A DNA stretch of 64,000 nt from Alphaproteobacteria bacterium (GTDB lineage: Bacteria > Pseudomonadota > Alphaproteobacteria > Acetobacterales > Acetobacteraceae). Below, in pieces: positions 28,941 to 40,933 of this stretch (position 1 is the first letter of the stretch; the number at the start of each line of letters is the position of its first letter). Both the position numbers and the translations under genes were made by a program. Below the pieces are notes generated by a model, which was not told the origin of the DNA, made no database searches, and saw only the letters and a list, made by a program, of their open reading frames with translations. The stretch covers positions 38,133 to 102,132 of the forward strand of contig JAPLOI010000006.1 of assembly GCA_026400815.1 (NCBI GenBank), in the 5' to 3' direction.

Positions 28941-29600
28941 ATGAGCCAAATCTCCCGACCGCAATCGGTCGGGCCCCACTCCGCGCTGGATGCAGATGCC
29001 GTTCGCGCCGCCTATCGTCGATGGGCCGGCGTGTACGACTTGGTGTTCGGTGGCGTGTCCGGCTGGGGCCGACGCCTCGCGGCGGCAGAGGTCAACCGCC
29101 TCCCCGGCACGCGCGTGCTGGAAGTGGGCGTGGGCACGGGCCTCGCCCTGCCGCGCTACCGCCGCGACAAGCGCATCACCGGCATCGACCTCTCTGCCGA
29201 GATGCTGGAACGGGCCCGCGCCCGCGTCGCATCGGAGAACCTCTCCCATGTCGAGGCCCTGCTGGAGCTGGATGCCGAGTCCACCGGCTTCGAGGATGGC
29301 GAGTTCGACATCGCCGTGGCGATGTTTGTCGCCTCCGTGGTGCCGAATCCGCGCCAGTTGATGGCCGAGCTGCGCCGAGTGGTGCGGCCGGGCGGCCACA
29401 TCCTGTTCGTGAACCACTTCGCCGCCGAAGGCGGGCTGCGCTGGTGGGCCGAGCGCACCCTCGCGCCGGCCTCGCGCGCGCTGGGCTGGCATCCCGATTT
29501 CGCGGTGGACGCGCTGTTCAACCCGGAGGAGCGTGCGTGCGCCCGCTTCACCCCGGTGCCGCCCTTTGGCCTGTTCACCCTCGCCCAATTCGGCAACTGA
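28941..29600 (+). CDS. Class I SAM-dependent methyltransferase, phospholipid N-methyltransferase (PmtA)-like
   Basis: YRRWAGVYDLVFGGV precedes the SAM motif VLEVGVGTGLAL, and RPGGHILFVNH is also present. The protein is 219 aa. Confidence 0.7.
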   Translation: MSQISRPQSVGPHSALDADAVRAAYRRWAGVYDLVFGGVSGWGRRLAAAEVNRLPGTRVLEVGVGTGLALPRYRRDKRITGIDLSAEMLERARARVASENLSHVEALLELDAESTGFEDGEFDIAVAMFVASVVPNPRQLMAELRRVVRPGGHILFVNHFAAEGGLRWWAERTLAPASRALGWHPDFAVDALFNPEERACARFTPVPPFGLFTLAQFGN

Positions 29601-29826
29601 GCCGGTTGGGCAGCTGGGCCGGCCACAAGCCGGCGGCAGGACTTGCAGCAAGGTCTGCCCGCTTTTCTGCCGCGTTCTTGCGCGGCTGCAACGCTGGCCG
29701 ACGAAACCCTGTGGCGCTTCCGCAAAACCCGCCTATTTTGGGTCACGGGCCTTGATCTCCGTCCTGCGCCGGAGTAGCCCAAATCCTTGCATGGCCCGGC
29801 GTGCAGTGCCGGTGCGTCTCATCGGG

Positions 29827-30756
29827 ATGGATCATACGATGCCACTTCTCCGGCGACTGGTTGCCGCCGCCTTCCTCGCCACTCTTGGCACCGCGCTCCT
29901 CGCCATGGCGTTCGCGGAACCCGCGCTCGCCGACCTGCCGCGCAACTGGCAGATGGGCATGCAGCCGGCCGCAAGCCCGGTCCAGCGGGACATCCACAGC
30001 CTGCACCACCTCGTGCTGGTGATCATCACTGTGATCACCATCTTCGTGGGCGCGCTGCTGGCCTACGTGATCTGGCGCTTCAGCGCCGACAAGAACCCGA
30101 ACCCCAGCCAAACCAGCCACAATACCGTGCTGGAAGTGGCCTGGACCGTGATCCCGGTGCTGATCCTCGTGGTGATCGCCATCCCCAGCTTCCGCCTGGT
30201 CTATTTCCAGGACCGCACCCAGGAAGCCGACATGACCCTGAAGGTCACCGGCCACCAGTGGTACTGGGAATACACCTACACCGACGCGGAAGGCCTGAAC
30301 TTCGGCAGCCGCCCGCTCGATTCCAAGAACACCCGTTGGCAGCAGGGCATCCGCCTGCTGGACGTGGACGAGCCGCTGGTGCTGCCCGTCGGCAAGAACA
30401 TCCGCATCCTGACCACCAGCGCCGATGTGATCCACAGCTTCTTCGTGCCCTCCCTCGGCGTGCAGCGCTACGCCATCCCCGGCCGCACCATCGAGACCTG
30501 GGTGCGTATCGACCGCCCCGGCACGTTCTACGGCCAGTGCAACCAGATCTGCGGCGAGGACCACTCGAACATGCCGATCTCCGTGCGCGCGCTGCCGGAA
30601 GCCGAGTTCACCGCTTGGCTGGCGGAGGCGAAGAAGAAGTTCGCCACCAATGAGACCCCCACGATCCGCGAAGTGGCCGCCCCGGCACCCGCCCAGGAAT
30701 CCGTCCCCCAGGGATCCCTCCACGGTGGTGCCGTGCTCGCCGCGGTACGTCAGTAG
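29827..30756 (+). CDS. coxB: Cytochrome c oxidase subunit II
   Basis: [24 protein letters not shown] and the CuA site [16 protein letters not shown] are present. Confidence 0.9.
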   Translation: MDHTMPLLRRLVAAAFLATLGTALLAMAFAEPALADLPRNWQMGMQPAASPVQRDIHSLHHLVLVIITVITIFVGALLAYVIWRFSADKNPNPSQTSHNTVLEVAWTVIPVLILVVIAIPSFRLVYFQDRTQEADMTLKVTGHQWYWEYTYTDAEGLNFGSRPLDSKNTRWQQGIRLLDVDEPLVLPVGKNIRILTTSADVIHSFFVPSLGVQRYAIPGRTIETWVRIDRPGTFYGQCNQICGEDHSNMPISVRALPEAEFTAWLAEAKKKFATNETPTIREVAAPAPAQESVPQGSLHGGAVLAAVRQ

Positions 30757-30779
30757 AACAGGGCAGCAGGAGCAGAGTC

Positions 30780-32393
30780 ATGAGCGCACAAGATCACGCT
30801 GCCGGCCATGGTCACGGCCACGACGACCATCACCACCACGCTGAGCTCAGCTTCGCCCAACGCTGGCTGTTCAGCACCAACCATAAAGACATCGGCACGC
30901 TCTACATCATCTTCGGGCTGATCGGTGGCATCTGCGGCCTGATCATCTCCGTGCTGATGCGCATGGAGCTGCAGTCCCCGGGCATGCAAATCTTCTCCTC
31001 GGGCCAGGCCTGGAACGCGGCCATTACCTCGCACGGCCTGCTGATGATCTTCTTCTCGGTCATGCCCGTGCTGATCGGCGGCTTCGGCAACTGGTTCATC
31101 CCGCTGATGATCGGCGCGCCGGACATGGCCTTCCCGCGCCTCAACAACATCAGCTTCTGGCTGCTGGTGCCGGCCTTCGCCCTGATCCTGGCCGGCCAGT
31201 TCGTCGGCTCCGGCGCCGGCCCGGGCTGGACGCTGTATCCGCCGCTGTCCAATGCCACCTACCAGTCCGGCCCCGCGCTCGATTTCGTGCTGTTCGCGCT
31301 GCATCTCGCCGGCATCTCCTCGCTGCTCGGCGCGATCAACTTCATCACCACCATCTTCAACATGCGCGCCCCGGGCATGACGCTGCACAAGATGCCGCTG
31401 TTCATCTGGGCGATGCTGGTCACCGCCTTCCTGCTGCTGCTCGCCGTGCCGGTGCTCGCGGGCGCCATCACCATGCTGATCACCGACCGCAACTTCGGCA
31501 CCGCCTTCTTCGAGCCTTCGGGCGGCGGCGACCCGGTCCTGTTCCAGCACCTGTTCTGGTTCTTCGGCCACCCCGAAGTGTACATCATGATCCTGCCGGC
31601 CTTCGGCGTGATCAGCCACATCATCTCCACCTTCAGCCGCAAGCCGATCTTCGGTTATCTCGGCATGGCCTATGCCATGGTGGCCATCGGCGTGGTCGGC
31701 TTCGTCGTCTGGGCCCACCACATGTTCATCTCGGGCATGGACGTGGACACCCGCGCCTACTTCATGGCCGCCACGATGATCATCGCCGTGCCCACGGGCA
31801 TCAAGATCTTCTCCTGGATCGCCACCATGTGGGGCGGCTCCATCGAGATGAAGACACCCATGCTCTGGGCCGTCGGCTTCATCTTCGTGTTCACCCTGGG
31901 CGGCGTCACCGGCGTGGTCCTCGCCAATGCCGGCATCGACCAATACGTGCACAACACCTACTACGTGATCGCGCACTTCCACTACGTGCTCTCGCTCGGC
32001 GCCGTGTTCGGCATCTTCGCCGGCTTCTACTACTGGATCGGCAAGATGAGCGGCCGGCAGTATCCGGAGCAGCTGGGCAAGCTGCACTTCTGGATGACCT
32101 TCGTCGGCGTGAACCTCACCTTCTTCCCGATGCACTTCCTCGGCCTGGCCGGCATGCCGCGCCGCTACGTGGACTACCCCGACGCCTTCGTCGGCTGGAA
32201 CATGGTTGCCTCGATCGGTGCCTATATCGGCGCTGCCTCCATGGTCCTGTTCCTCTATGTCATCTACCGCACCTTCACCTCCAAGGAGCGGCTGGCCGAC
32301 AACTACTGGGGCGAAGGTGCGACGACGCTGGAGTGGACCCAGTCCTCCCCGCCGGCGTTCCACACCTACGAGGTCCTGCCCCGTATCCGGTGA
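30780..32393 (+). CDS. ctaD: Cytochrome c oxidase subunit I
   Basis: [24 protein letters not shown] and HFHYVLS are present. The protein is 537 aa. Confidence 0.97.
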   Translation: MSAQDHAAGHGHGHDDHHHHAELSFAQRWLFSTNHKDIGTLYIIFGLIGGICGLIISVLMRMELQSPGMQIFSSGQAWNAAITSHGLLMIFFSVMPVLIGGFGNWFIPLMIGAPDMAFPRLNNISFWLLVPAFALILAGQFVGSGAGPGWTLYPPLSNATYQSGPALDFVLFALHLAGISSLLGAINFITTIFNMRAPGMTLHKMPLFIWAMLVTAFLLLLAVPVLAGAITMLITDRNFGTAFFEPSGGGDPVLFQHLFWFFGHPEVYIMILPAFGVISHIISTFSRKPIFGYLGMAYAMVAIGVVGFVVWAHHMFISGMDVDTRAYFMAATMIIAVPTGIKIFSWIATMWGGSIEMKTPMLWAVGFIFVFTLGGVTGVVLANAGIDQYVHNTYYVIAHFHYVLSLGAVFGIFAGFYYWIGKMSGRQYPEQLGKLHFWMTFVGVNLTFFPMHFLGLAGMPRRYVDYPDAFVGWNMVASIGAYIGAASMVLFLYVIYRTFTSKERLADNYWGEGATTLEWTQSSPPAFHTYEVLPRIR

Positions 32394-32397
32394 ACCG

Positions 32398-33390
32398 ATG
32401 AACGAGATCGCCAGCCAGGCACTGGCCGAGACAGGGGGGCGCAACGCCCCCCTCCTTGACGGTGCCGCCCCCCACGCCCCCGACCTTCTGAGCGCCACGA
32501 CGCCGAGCTCCTCGGTGTCCGACTGGATCGCGCTGCTCAAGCCGCGCGTGGTCATGCTGGTGGTTTTCACCGGCTGGATCGGCATGGTGATCGCGCCCGG
32601 CCACCTGCACCCGGTGCTCGCCGCCACCGCAATCCTCTGCATCACCGTCGCTGCCGGCGCCGCCGGTGCCATCAACATGTGGTACGACCGCGACATCGAT
32701 ATCCTGATGCGCCGCACCCGCAACCGGCCCATCCCCGCCGGCCGCATCGCACCCGGGGAAGCACTCGGCTTCGGCGTCTTCCTCGCCGTCGCCTCCGTGC
32801 TGGTCATGGCGCTGGCCACCAACGTTGTCGCCGCCCTGGTGTTGGCCGCCTCGATCGGCTTCTACGTCTTCATCTACACGATGTGGCTGAAGCGCCGCAC
32901 CGCGCAGAACATCGTCATCGGCGGTGCCGCCGGCGCCTTCCCGCCCGTCATCGGCTGGGCCGCCGTCACCGGCGGGCTCGATGTGTTGCCGCTGCTGATG
33001 TTCGCCATCGTCTTCTTCTGGACACCGCCGCATTTCTGGGCGCTGTCGCTCTGGGCCCATGCCGACTACGCCCGCGCCGGCGTGCCGATGCTGCCCGTGG
33101 TGGCCGGCGCGCGCGAAACACGCCGCCAGATCTTCCTCTACACCCTGGTGCTGCTCGCCGTGTCCCTCGCCCCCTGGGCGCTTGGCCTGGTCGGCCTGAT
33201 CTATGGGGCCGTCGCCCTGGCCCTCGGCCTCGGCTTCGTGGCCTGCTCCTGGCGCGTGCTGCGCGATGAGCAGGACGCAACCGGCGTCTCCCGCACCAAC
33301 GACGCCCCGGCCCGCGCCGCCTTCAAGTTCTCCATCGCCTATCTGTTCATCCTCTTTGCCGCCGTGGCGGCAGACCGGTTGGTGGGCTGA
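32398..33390 (+). CDS. ctaB: Heme o synthase (protoheme IX farnesyltransferase)
   Basis: The protein is a UbiA-family membrane protein with [23 protein letters not shown]. It occupies the usual position after ctaD. Confidence 0.9.
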   Translation: MNEIASQALAETGGRNAPLLDGAAPHAPDLLSATTPSSSVSDWIALLKPRVVMLVVFTGWIGMVIAPGHLHPVLAATAILCITVAAGAAGAINMWYDRDIDILMRRTRNRPIPAGRIAPGEALGFGVFLAVASVLVMALATNVVAALVLAASIGFYVFIYTMWLKRRTAQNIVIGGAAGAFPPVIGWAAVTGGLDVLPLLMFAIVFFWTPPHFWALSLWAHADYARAGVPMLPVVAGARETRRQIFLYTLVLLAVSLAPWALGLVGLIYGAVALALGLGFVACSWRVLRDEQDATGVSRTNDAPARAAFKFSIAYLFILFAAVAADRLVG

Positions 33391-33393
33391 TCC

Positions 33394-33558
33394 ATGTCAG
33401 ACCAGATCCCCCCTCCAATGTCGCCGGAGGTTGCCGCGGAGTTCCGCCGCCGCCGCCGTGGCCGCAACATCGCCATGCTGGTGGTGCTGCTCGCCCTGTC
33501 CGGCCTGTTCTACGCCATCGCGGTGGTGAAGATGTTCAAGCCCGGCGTGGCAGGCTGA
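33394..33558 (+). CDS. 54-aa single-TM protein between ctaB and ctaG (not in the supplied ORF track)
   Basis: My translation is MSDQIPPPMSPEVAAEFRRRRRGRNIAMLVVLLALSGLFYAIAVVKMFKPGVAG*. Third codon positions are GC-rich. The ORF starts 4 nt after the ctaB stop, and its stop lies 1 nt before the ctaG ATG. Confidence 0.5.
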   Translation: MSDQIPPPMSPEVAAEFRRRRRGRNIAMLVVLLALSGLFYAIAVVKMFKPGVAG

Positions 33559-33559
33559 G

Positions 33560-34153
33560 ATGGCGCCTGCGCCGCGCACGGGAAACAACAAGCTCGTCGC
33601 CTTCACGCTGCTCGGCGTGATCGGCGGCATGCTCGGCCTGTCCTTTGCCGCTGTGCCGCTCTATCGCATCTTCTGCCAGATCACTGGCTATGGCGGCACG
33701 CCGCGCATCGATGCCGGCGCCAGCCCGGGCGTGGTCGATCGCACCATCACCATCCGCTTCAACGCGGATGTGTATTCCGGCATGCCCTGGAAGTTCGCCC
33801 CGGCCCAGAAACAGGTCACGTTGCGCTTGGGCGAGGAGGCGGTGGCCTTCTACACCGCCCGCAACCCCACCGACCTCCCGATCATCGGCGTCTCCACCTA
33901 CAACGTCACGCCCGACAAGGCCGGCCGCTACTTCCACAAGACCGCCTGCTTCTGCTTCGACGAACAGACGCTGACGCCCGGCCAGGAAATGTCCTTCCCG
34001 CTCAGCTTCTGGGTTGACCCCGCGATCCTGAACGACCCGGATACGCGCAACCTGCGCACCATCACCCTGTCCTACACCTTCTTCCGCAGCCTCGACGACG
34101 CCTCCATGGCCAATGCCGGCCCGCATGTCGGCCGCAAGCAGGCCACGCCATGA
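33560..34153 (+). CDS. ctaG: Cytochrome c oxidase assembly protein CtaG/Cox11
   Basis: VPLYRIFCQITGYGGT and CFCFDEQTL are Cox11 signatures. Confidence 0.9.
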   Translation: MAPAPRTGNNKLVAFTLLGVIGGMLGLSFAAVPLYRIFCQITGYGGTPRIDAGASPGVVDRTITIRFNADVYSGMPWKFAPAQKQVTLRLGEEAVAFYTARNPTDLPIIGVSTYNVTPDKAGRYFHKTACFCFDEQTLTPGQEMSFPLSFWVDPAILNDPDTRNLRTITLSYTFFRSLDDASMANAGPHVGRKQATP

Positions 34154-34259
34154 GGCGGCAACAACTCCCTCTTTCGAACCGACACAGCCGCGCCGCTTTC
34201 CCGCTTGCCGCGGGACGCGTTTTGACGATGATGCGGCCACCACACGGGACACGCATGGC

Positions 34260-35111
34260 ATGAGCAGCGACTCGCACGGCGCCACCTCCATCACCAGCTC
34301 CGGCCTGAAGCAGCCGTACCATCTGGTCGACCCCTCGCCGTGGCCGATCATCGGCGCCTTCACCGGCGGTGCCACCCTCACCGGCATTGTGCTGGTCGCG
34401 CACTACCATAGCTGGTGGATGCTCATCCTCGGCCTGATCGGCACCCTGGTGGTGATGTACGGCTGGTGGCGCGACGTGCTGAAGGAAAGCAGCACGCCTG
34501 GCATGCACAGCACCATCGTCCGCCTCGGGCTGCGCTACGGCGTCATCATGTTCATCGCCTCCGAGGTGATGTTCTTCGTTGGCTTCTTCTGGGCCTTCTT
34601 CCACTTCGCGCTCTATCCGGAGCACGTGCTGGGCGTCGTGAACCCCACCTGGCCGCCGCCGGGCGTGCTCACCTTCGATCCCTGGGGCCTGCCCTTCCTC
34701 AACACCATGATCCTGCTGCTCTCCGGCACCACGGTCACCTGGGCGCACCACGGTATCCTGCACAACGACCGCAAGGCGCTGATCCAGGGTCTCACCATCA
34801 CGGTGGTGCTCGGCCTGCTCTTCACCTGCCTGCAGGCCTGGGAATACTCGCTCGCCCCGTTCAAGTTCTTCGGCGGCGGCGTCTACCCGGCGGTATTCTT
34901 CCTCGCCACCGGCTTCCACGGCTTCCATGTGATCATCGGCACCATCTTCCTGGCGGTCTGCCTGCTGCGCGCCAGGAAGGGCCACTTCACCGCCGAGCGC
35001 CATTTCGGCTTCGAGGCCGCGGCCTGGTACTGGCATTTCGTGGACGTGGTGTGGCTGTTCCTGTTCATCTGCGTCTACTGGTGGGGCGCCGGCGAGATCG
35101 CCCACCACTGA
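34260..35111 (+). CDS. ctaE: Cytochrome c oxidase subunit III
   Basis: PYHLVDPSPWP, GFHGFHVIIGT and WYWHFVDVVWLFLF are present. Confidence 0.92.
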   Translation: MSSDSHGATSITSSGLKQPYHLVDPSPWPIIGAFTGGATLTGIVLVAHYHSWWMLILGLIGTLVVMYGWWRDVLKESSTPGMHSTIVRLGLRYGVIMFIASEVMFFVGFFWAFFHFALYPEHVLGVVNPTWPPPGVLTFDPWGLPFLNTMILLLSGTTVTWAHHGILHNDRKALIQGLTITVVLGLLFTCLQAWEYSLAPFKFFGGGVYPAVFFLATGFHGFHVIIGTIFLAVCLLRARKGHFTAERHFGFEAAAWYWHFVDVVWLFLFICVYWWGAGEIAHH

Positions 35112-35467
35112 TGCCCACCCCTCCGCCGTGGTGGCAGTCGGCGCTGCTGTGCCGCTGCCCCCGCTGCGGGAAGGGGCCGCTCTATGATGGCGTGCTGGCC
35201 ATCCATCCGGCCTGCACCGTCTGCGGCCTGGACCTTCGGGGCCACGATACCGGCGATGGCGCCGCAGCCATCGTCATCCTCTTCCTCGGCTTCATTGTGG
35301 TCGGCCTCGCCTTCTGGGTGGAGTTCCGCTTCATGCCGCCACTTTGGCTGCACGCCCTGCTGTGGCCCGTGGTCACCCTGGCCCTCGCCCTGCCGATGAT
35401 CCGCACCTTCAAGGCCGCGCTCGTCGCCATGCAGTTCCGCCACCGCGCCAGCGAGATGGGGCAGTGA
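35111..35467 (+). CDS. DUF983 domain membrane protein (zinc-ribbon plus 2 TM)
   Basis: CPRCGKGPLY...CTVCGL is followed by two TM helices. The ATG shares one nucleotide with the coxC stop. Confidence 0.8.
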   Translation: MPTPPPWWQSALLCRCPRCGKGPLYDGVLAIHPACTVCGLDLRGHDTGDGAAAIVILFLGFIVVGLAFWVEFRFMPPLWLHALLWPVVTLALALPMIRTFKAALVAMQFRHRASEMGQ

Positions 35468-36122
35468 CAACAGGAGTCGCCCGCCGCCTCCTGCTCCCCG
35501 GCCTGATGACCCTGGTCATGCTGGCCACCCTTCTGGCCCTCGGCACCTGGCAGGTCAGCCGCCTGCTCTGGAAGCGCGACCTCCTCGCCGCCATCGCCGC
35601 CAGTGAGCAACGCCCCGCCCTCCCGCTCGGCCCCAGCCCCCCCGCCTTCGCCCGCGTCCGCGCCGAAGGCCGGTTCGAGCCGATCACCGCCTTCTACGGC
35701 GCCGAGGTCCGGGGCGAGGCCGGCGGCGCCCGCCTCCTGGGCATTCTCCGCCGCGAAGGCGCCCCCCCGCTGCTGGTGGAGCGCGGCTGGGTCCCCGTCC
35801 CCCCGCCGGCCATCGCCTCCGGCCCCGCCGCCGTGGAAGGCTATATCCGCCCCGCCGACGCGCCCGGCTGGTTCAGTGCCACCGATGACCTCGCCGGCCG
35901 CCGCTTCTTCACGCTGAACCCCGCAGCGATCGGCCAAGCCCTCGGCGTGCCAGACCTCGCCCCCTACACCCTCGTGGCCATGGGCCCCCCCGGCATGCCA
36001 GACCCGGCCCGCACGCTGCCGCGCCCGCCCAACAACCACCTGCCCTACGCCATCACCTGGTATGGCCTGGCCATCGCCCTGCTCGTCATCTTCGCCCTCT
36101 ACGCCCGCAAGGTCGTCCGCCC

Positions 36123-36126
<4 letters not shown>
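35464..36126 (+). CDS. SURF1 family cytochrome oxidase biogenesis protein
   Basis: LGTWQVSRLLWKRDLL, ERGWVP and NNHLPYAITWYGLA are present. The GTG start overlaps the DUF983 stop (GTGA). Confidence 0.8.
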
Positions 36127-37625
<1,499 letters not shown>

Positions 37626-37763
37626 GAAGCAAGCATGTTCTTTTTTGAAAAAAAGAACCAAAAAACTTTTATCCGCTTGCGCCGGTCCCTCCACGGAACC
37701 TCGGCACCAGGTCAGAAAAGTCTTTTTGCTTCTTTTTCTTCAGAAAAAGAAGAGTCTTCCTTC
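37626..37763. repeat. Full-length AT-rich palindromic MITE-like element (family A)
   Basis: GGAAGCAAGCATGTTCTTTTTTGAAAAAAAGAACCAAAAAACTTTT ... AAAGTCTTTTTGCTTCTTTTTCTTCAGAAAAAGAAGAGTCTTCC starts 1 nt after the M32 stop and ends 2 nt before the next ATG. Confidence 0.75.
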
Positions 37764-37765
37764 CT

Positions 37766-38824
37766 ATGACCGCCCGCCACCGCGCCCAGGCCTTCTGCAC
37801 CCGCTTCGGCCTGGCCACCCCCATCCTCATGGCCCCCATGGCCGGCGCCTGCCCGCCCGCCCTCGCCGCTGCCGTCGCCAACGCGGGCGGCATGGGCGCG
37901 ATGGGCGCCCTCACCTCCGACCCCGCCGCCATCGCCGCCTGGGCCGCCACCTTCCGCGCCCACTCCAACGGTGCCTTCCAGATCAACCTCTGGATCCCCG
38001 ACGCCCCAACCACCCGCGACCCCGCCGCCGAAGCCCGGGTCCGCGCCCTGCTCTCGCGCTTCGGCCCGGAGCCCCCGCCCGAAGCCGGGGATACCCCCCT
38101 GCAGGATTTCCAGGCCCAGCTCGCCGCCCTCCTCGCCGCCCGCCCGCAGGCTGTCTCCTCCATCATGGGCCTCTACCCGCCGGAAGCGGTGGCGGAGATG
38201 AAGCGCCGGGGCATTGCCTGGTTCGCCTGCGCCACCACCCTGGCCGAAGCCCGCGCCGCCGAGGCCGCGGGAGCCGACGCCATCGTCGCCCAGGGCGTTG
38301 AAGCCGGCGGCCATCGCGGCAGCTTCACCCCGGAAGCCGCAGATACCCAGCTCGTCGGCCTCATGGCCCTCCTGCCGCGCCTCGCGGACCACCTCTCGGT
38401 CCCCATCATCGCCACCGGTGGCATCGCGGATGCCCGCACCATCGCTGCCGCCCTCACGCTGGGCGCCAGCGCCGTGCAGATCGGCACCGCCCTGCTGCGC
38501 ACCCCGGAAGCCGCCACCCACCCGGCCTGGACCGCGGCGCTGGAGAACCTGGAACCCGAAGCCACCATGCCCACGCGCTGGTTCTCCGGCCGCCTCGGCC
38601 GCGCGGTCGCCACCACCTACGTCCGCGCAACCTCGGGCCACCCCGCCGCCCCCTACCCGGTGCAACGCGGCCTCACCACCCCCATGCGAGACGCCGCCGC
38701 GAAGGCCAACAACGCCCAGGCCATGCAGCTCTGGGCCGGCCAATCCGCCGCCCTTGCTCGCCCAGCCCCCGCCGCCGACCTCATCCGCGGCTGGTGGGCC
38801 GAAGCCCAAACCCTCCTGCCCTGA
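37766..38824 (+). CDS. Nitronate monooxygenase (NMO / 2-nitropropane dioxygenase family)
   Basis: [31 protein letters not shown] and [12 protein letters not shown] match the family. Confidence 0.85.
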   Translation: MTARHRAQAFCTRFGLATPILMAPMAGACPPALAAAVANAGGMGAMGALTSDPAAIAAWAATFRAHSNGAFQINLWIPDAPTTRDPAAEARVRALLSRFGPEPPPEAGDTPLQDFQAQLAALLAARPQAVSSIMGLYPPEAVAEMKRRGIAWFACATTLAEARAAEAAGADAIVAQGVEAGGHRGSFTPEAADTQLVGLMALLPRLADHLSVPIIATGGIADARTIAAALTLGASAVQIGTALLRTPEAATHPAWTAALENLEPEATMPTRWFSGRLGRAVATTYVRATSGHPAAPYPVQRGLTTPMRDAAAKANNAQAMQLWAGQSAALARPAPAADLIRGWWAEAQTLLP

Positions 38825-38832
38825 GGCCCGCC

Positions 38833-39078
38833 ATGCTCGAACTTCGCCCCTGCTGCGAATGCTGCGGCACCGACCTCCCGCCCGAAAGCCAGCAGGCGCG
38901 GATCTGCTCCTTCGAGTGCACCTTCTGCGCCACCTGCACGGATGGCACCCTGCGCGGCCTCTGCCCCAATTGCGGCGGCGAGCTTCTCCGCCGCCCCATC
39001 CGCCCAGCCGACAAGCTGTCGAAATTCCCCGCCAGCACCACCCGCAAGGTCAAATCGCTCGGCTGCGCGCCGCGTTAA
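38833..39078 (+). CDS. DUF1272 domain (Cys-rich zinc-ribbon) protein
   Basis: MLELRPCCECCGTDLPPES...CSFECTFCATC...CPNCGGELLRRP matches the DUF1272 pattern. Confidence 0.75.
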   Translation: MLELRPCCECCGTDLPPESQQARICSFECTFCATCTDGTLRGLCPNCGGELLRRPIRPADKLSKFPASTTRKVKSLGCAPR

Positions 39079-39188
39079 CAACTCCTAGCTGAAACATCCG
39101 TAATGCTGTCGCATTTGATGCCCCGGCCGGCTTGAATGCAGCCCCGGGCAGGTCATCTGTGACAGCCTAGTACTGCTGTCCTTTTTGT

Positions 39189-40205
39189 ATGGAGACCTCG
39201 CGCATGGAATGGCTGTTCCTGGAGTGGATCGGCAAACCGATCTGGATGTGGACGGCCTTTCTCGCAATCGTCGCAGCCCTCCTCGCCTTCGACCTCGGCG
39301 TGCTCAACAAGACAGACAAGGAACTCGGCATCGCCGAGAGCCTGCGCCTGTCGGCCTTCTACATCGGTATCGCCATGCTCTACGGCGGCGCCATATGGTG
39401 GGCGTTCGAGGCCGGGCAGATCACCACGTCGGATGGCACCCACGCCGGCCTCACCTACTTCACCGGCTTCTTCATCGAGAAGGCGCTGTCGATCGACAAC
39501 GTCTTCGTCATCAGCCTCATCTTCACCTTCTTCGCCATCCCGCGCGCCTACCAGTACCGCGCCCTGGTCTGGGGCATCGTGGCCGTCATCGTCCTGCGCG
39601 GCATCATGATCGCCGTCGGCGCGGCGCTGGTGCAGGAATACGAATGGGTGCTCTACATCTTCGGCGCCTTCCTGATCGCCACCGGCGTCAAGATGCTGGT
39701 GGTGCCGGAAAGCGACCCGGACGTGTCCAAGAACCCGGTGGTCAAGTTCATGCGCGCCCGCATGCGCGTTACGGATCAGCTGCACGCCCAGAGGTTCTTC
39801 GTCCGCCAGCCGGACCCCACCACCGGAAAGATGGTCATCTGGGCGACCCCGCTGTTCCTCGCCCTGGTCATCATCAACTCCGCCGACCTCATCTTCGCGG
39901 TCGACAGCGTGCCGGCGATCTTCGCCATCACCACCGATACCTTCATCATCTACACCGCGAACATCATGGCCATCCTCGGCCTGCGCGCCCTCTACTTCGC
40001 GCTCGCGGCGATGGTGCACCGCTTCCACTACCTGAAGTATGCCCTCGCCTTGGTCCTGGTCTTCATCGGCGGCAAGATCTTCTGGAACCAGATCTTCGGC
40101 AAGGTGAACCCGGCGATCTCCCTCGGCGTCACCCTGGCCTTGATCGCCGGCGGCATCTTCTACTCGCTATGGAAAACCCGCCAGCAGGCCACCCCCGCGG
40201 CCTAG
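39189..40205 (+). CDS. TerC family integral membrane protein (Alx/YkoY-like)
   Basis: EKALSIDNVFVI and FAVDSVPAIFAIT are the TerC repeats. The start could be the ATG at 39204. Confidence 0.85.
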   Translation: METSRMEWLFLEWIGKPIWMWTAFLAIVAALLAFDLGVLNKTDKELGIAESLRLSAFYIGIAMLYGGAIWWAFEAGQITTSDGTHAGLTYFTGFFIEKALSIDNVFVISLIFTFFAIPRAYQYRALVWGIVAVIVLRGIMIAVGAALVQEYEWVLYIFGAFLIATGVKMLVVPESDPDVSKNPVVKFMRARMRVTDQLHAQRFFVRQPDPTTGKMVIWATPLFLALVIINSADLIFAVDSVPAIFAITTDTFIIYTANIMAILGLRALYFALAAMVHRFHYLKYALALVLVFIGGKIFWNQIFGKVNPAISLGVTLALIAGGIFYSLWKTRQQATPAA

Positions 40206-40214
40206 CGCAACGCC

Positions 40215-40247
40215 CATCAGGGAAGGCGCAACCCGCCTTCCCTGATG
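40215..40247. terminator. Perfect 14-bp hairpin between the convergent TerC and FkbM genes
   Basis: CATCAGGGAAGGCG-CAACC-CGCCTTCCCTGATG has no U-tract on either strand. It overlaps the last codons of the FkbM-family gene. Confidence 0.4.
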
Positions 40248-40933
40248 CCTTCCTCCGGCAGGAAGGCAAACACGAACACATACGGGTCCGAAGCCTCGAA
40301 GCTGGCCGGGGACACCGAGGCCACCTGCATCGTCGCGGGATCGAATTCCTCGATCCCCCGCCACGCGCCATCAAGCTCAAAAAACCCGCGATACCCCAGC
40401 CCGGCCAGGAACGCCGGCACCGCCACCGTGCTGCCCGCCCGGTGCCGCTCCTCGATCTCCACCGTCAGCACCGGCCGGCAGCGCCGCAACGTCGCCTCCG
40501 CCCCGCGCAGCACCTCCTCCTCCGCCCCCTCCGCATCCAGCTTCATCGCCGTCACGTCGGAAAGCCCGAGCGAGTCGAGCGCGATCACCTCCACCTCCCA
40601 GCGCTCGATCCGCTCCACCCTGGGATCGGCCGCCGCGATCGCCGCATAATCCTTCGCCACCGAAGCCCATTGCTCGCGCAGGATCCCCCCGATCACCGGC
40701 GCCTCCAGCCAAAGCCTGCCAGGCCCCACCCCCAGCGCCTGCGGCCGCAGCTCCACGGCAAGCCCGGCCACCGCCGCCCGCAGCCGCGCAAAGGCCGGCG
40801 GTAGCGGCTCGAACGCCACCACCCGCGCCCCCGGCAACCCAGCCAGCGGCACCGTGAGCGCGCCATCATGCGCGCCCACATCCACGATCACCCCGGGCCG
40901 GTGCAGCGCCCGCAGAACCGCCAGCTCGTCCAT
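40217..40933 (-). CDS. FkbM family methyltransferase
   Basis: VIVDVGAHDGALTVPLA, VVAFEPLPPAF and MKLDAEGAEEEVLRGA are present. The ATG shares one nucleotide with the upstream CinA stop. Confidence 0.8.
   Translation of the reverse strand: MDELAVLRALHRPGVIVDVGAHDGALTVPLAGLPGARVVAFEPLPPAFARLRAAVAGLAVELRPQALGVGPGRLWLEAPVIGGILREQWASVAKDYAAIAAADPRVERIERWEVEVIALDSLGLSDVTAMKLDAEGAEEEVLRGAEATLRRCRPVLTVEIEERHRAGSTVAVPAFLAGLGYRGFFELDGAWRGIEEFDPATMQVASVSPASFEASDPYVFVFAFLPEEGIREGGLRLP

Noticed and set aside
29827-30756. A possible fused cytochrome c domain in the ~45-aa C-terminal extension of CoxB.
   Set aside because: The extension has no CxxCH heme-binding motif. It is Ala/Pro-rich and probably a linker or tail.
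39079-39188. A canonical yybP-ykoY Mn2+ riboswitch upstream of the TerC gene.
   Set aside because: The conserved GGGGAGUAG loop and the paired four-helix layout could not be found by eye. Only a weak hairpin plus T-run is present. It is kept as a low-interest finding rather than a feature.
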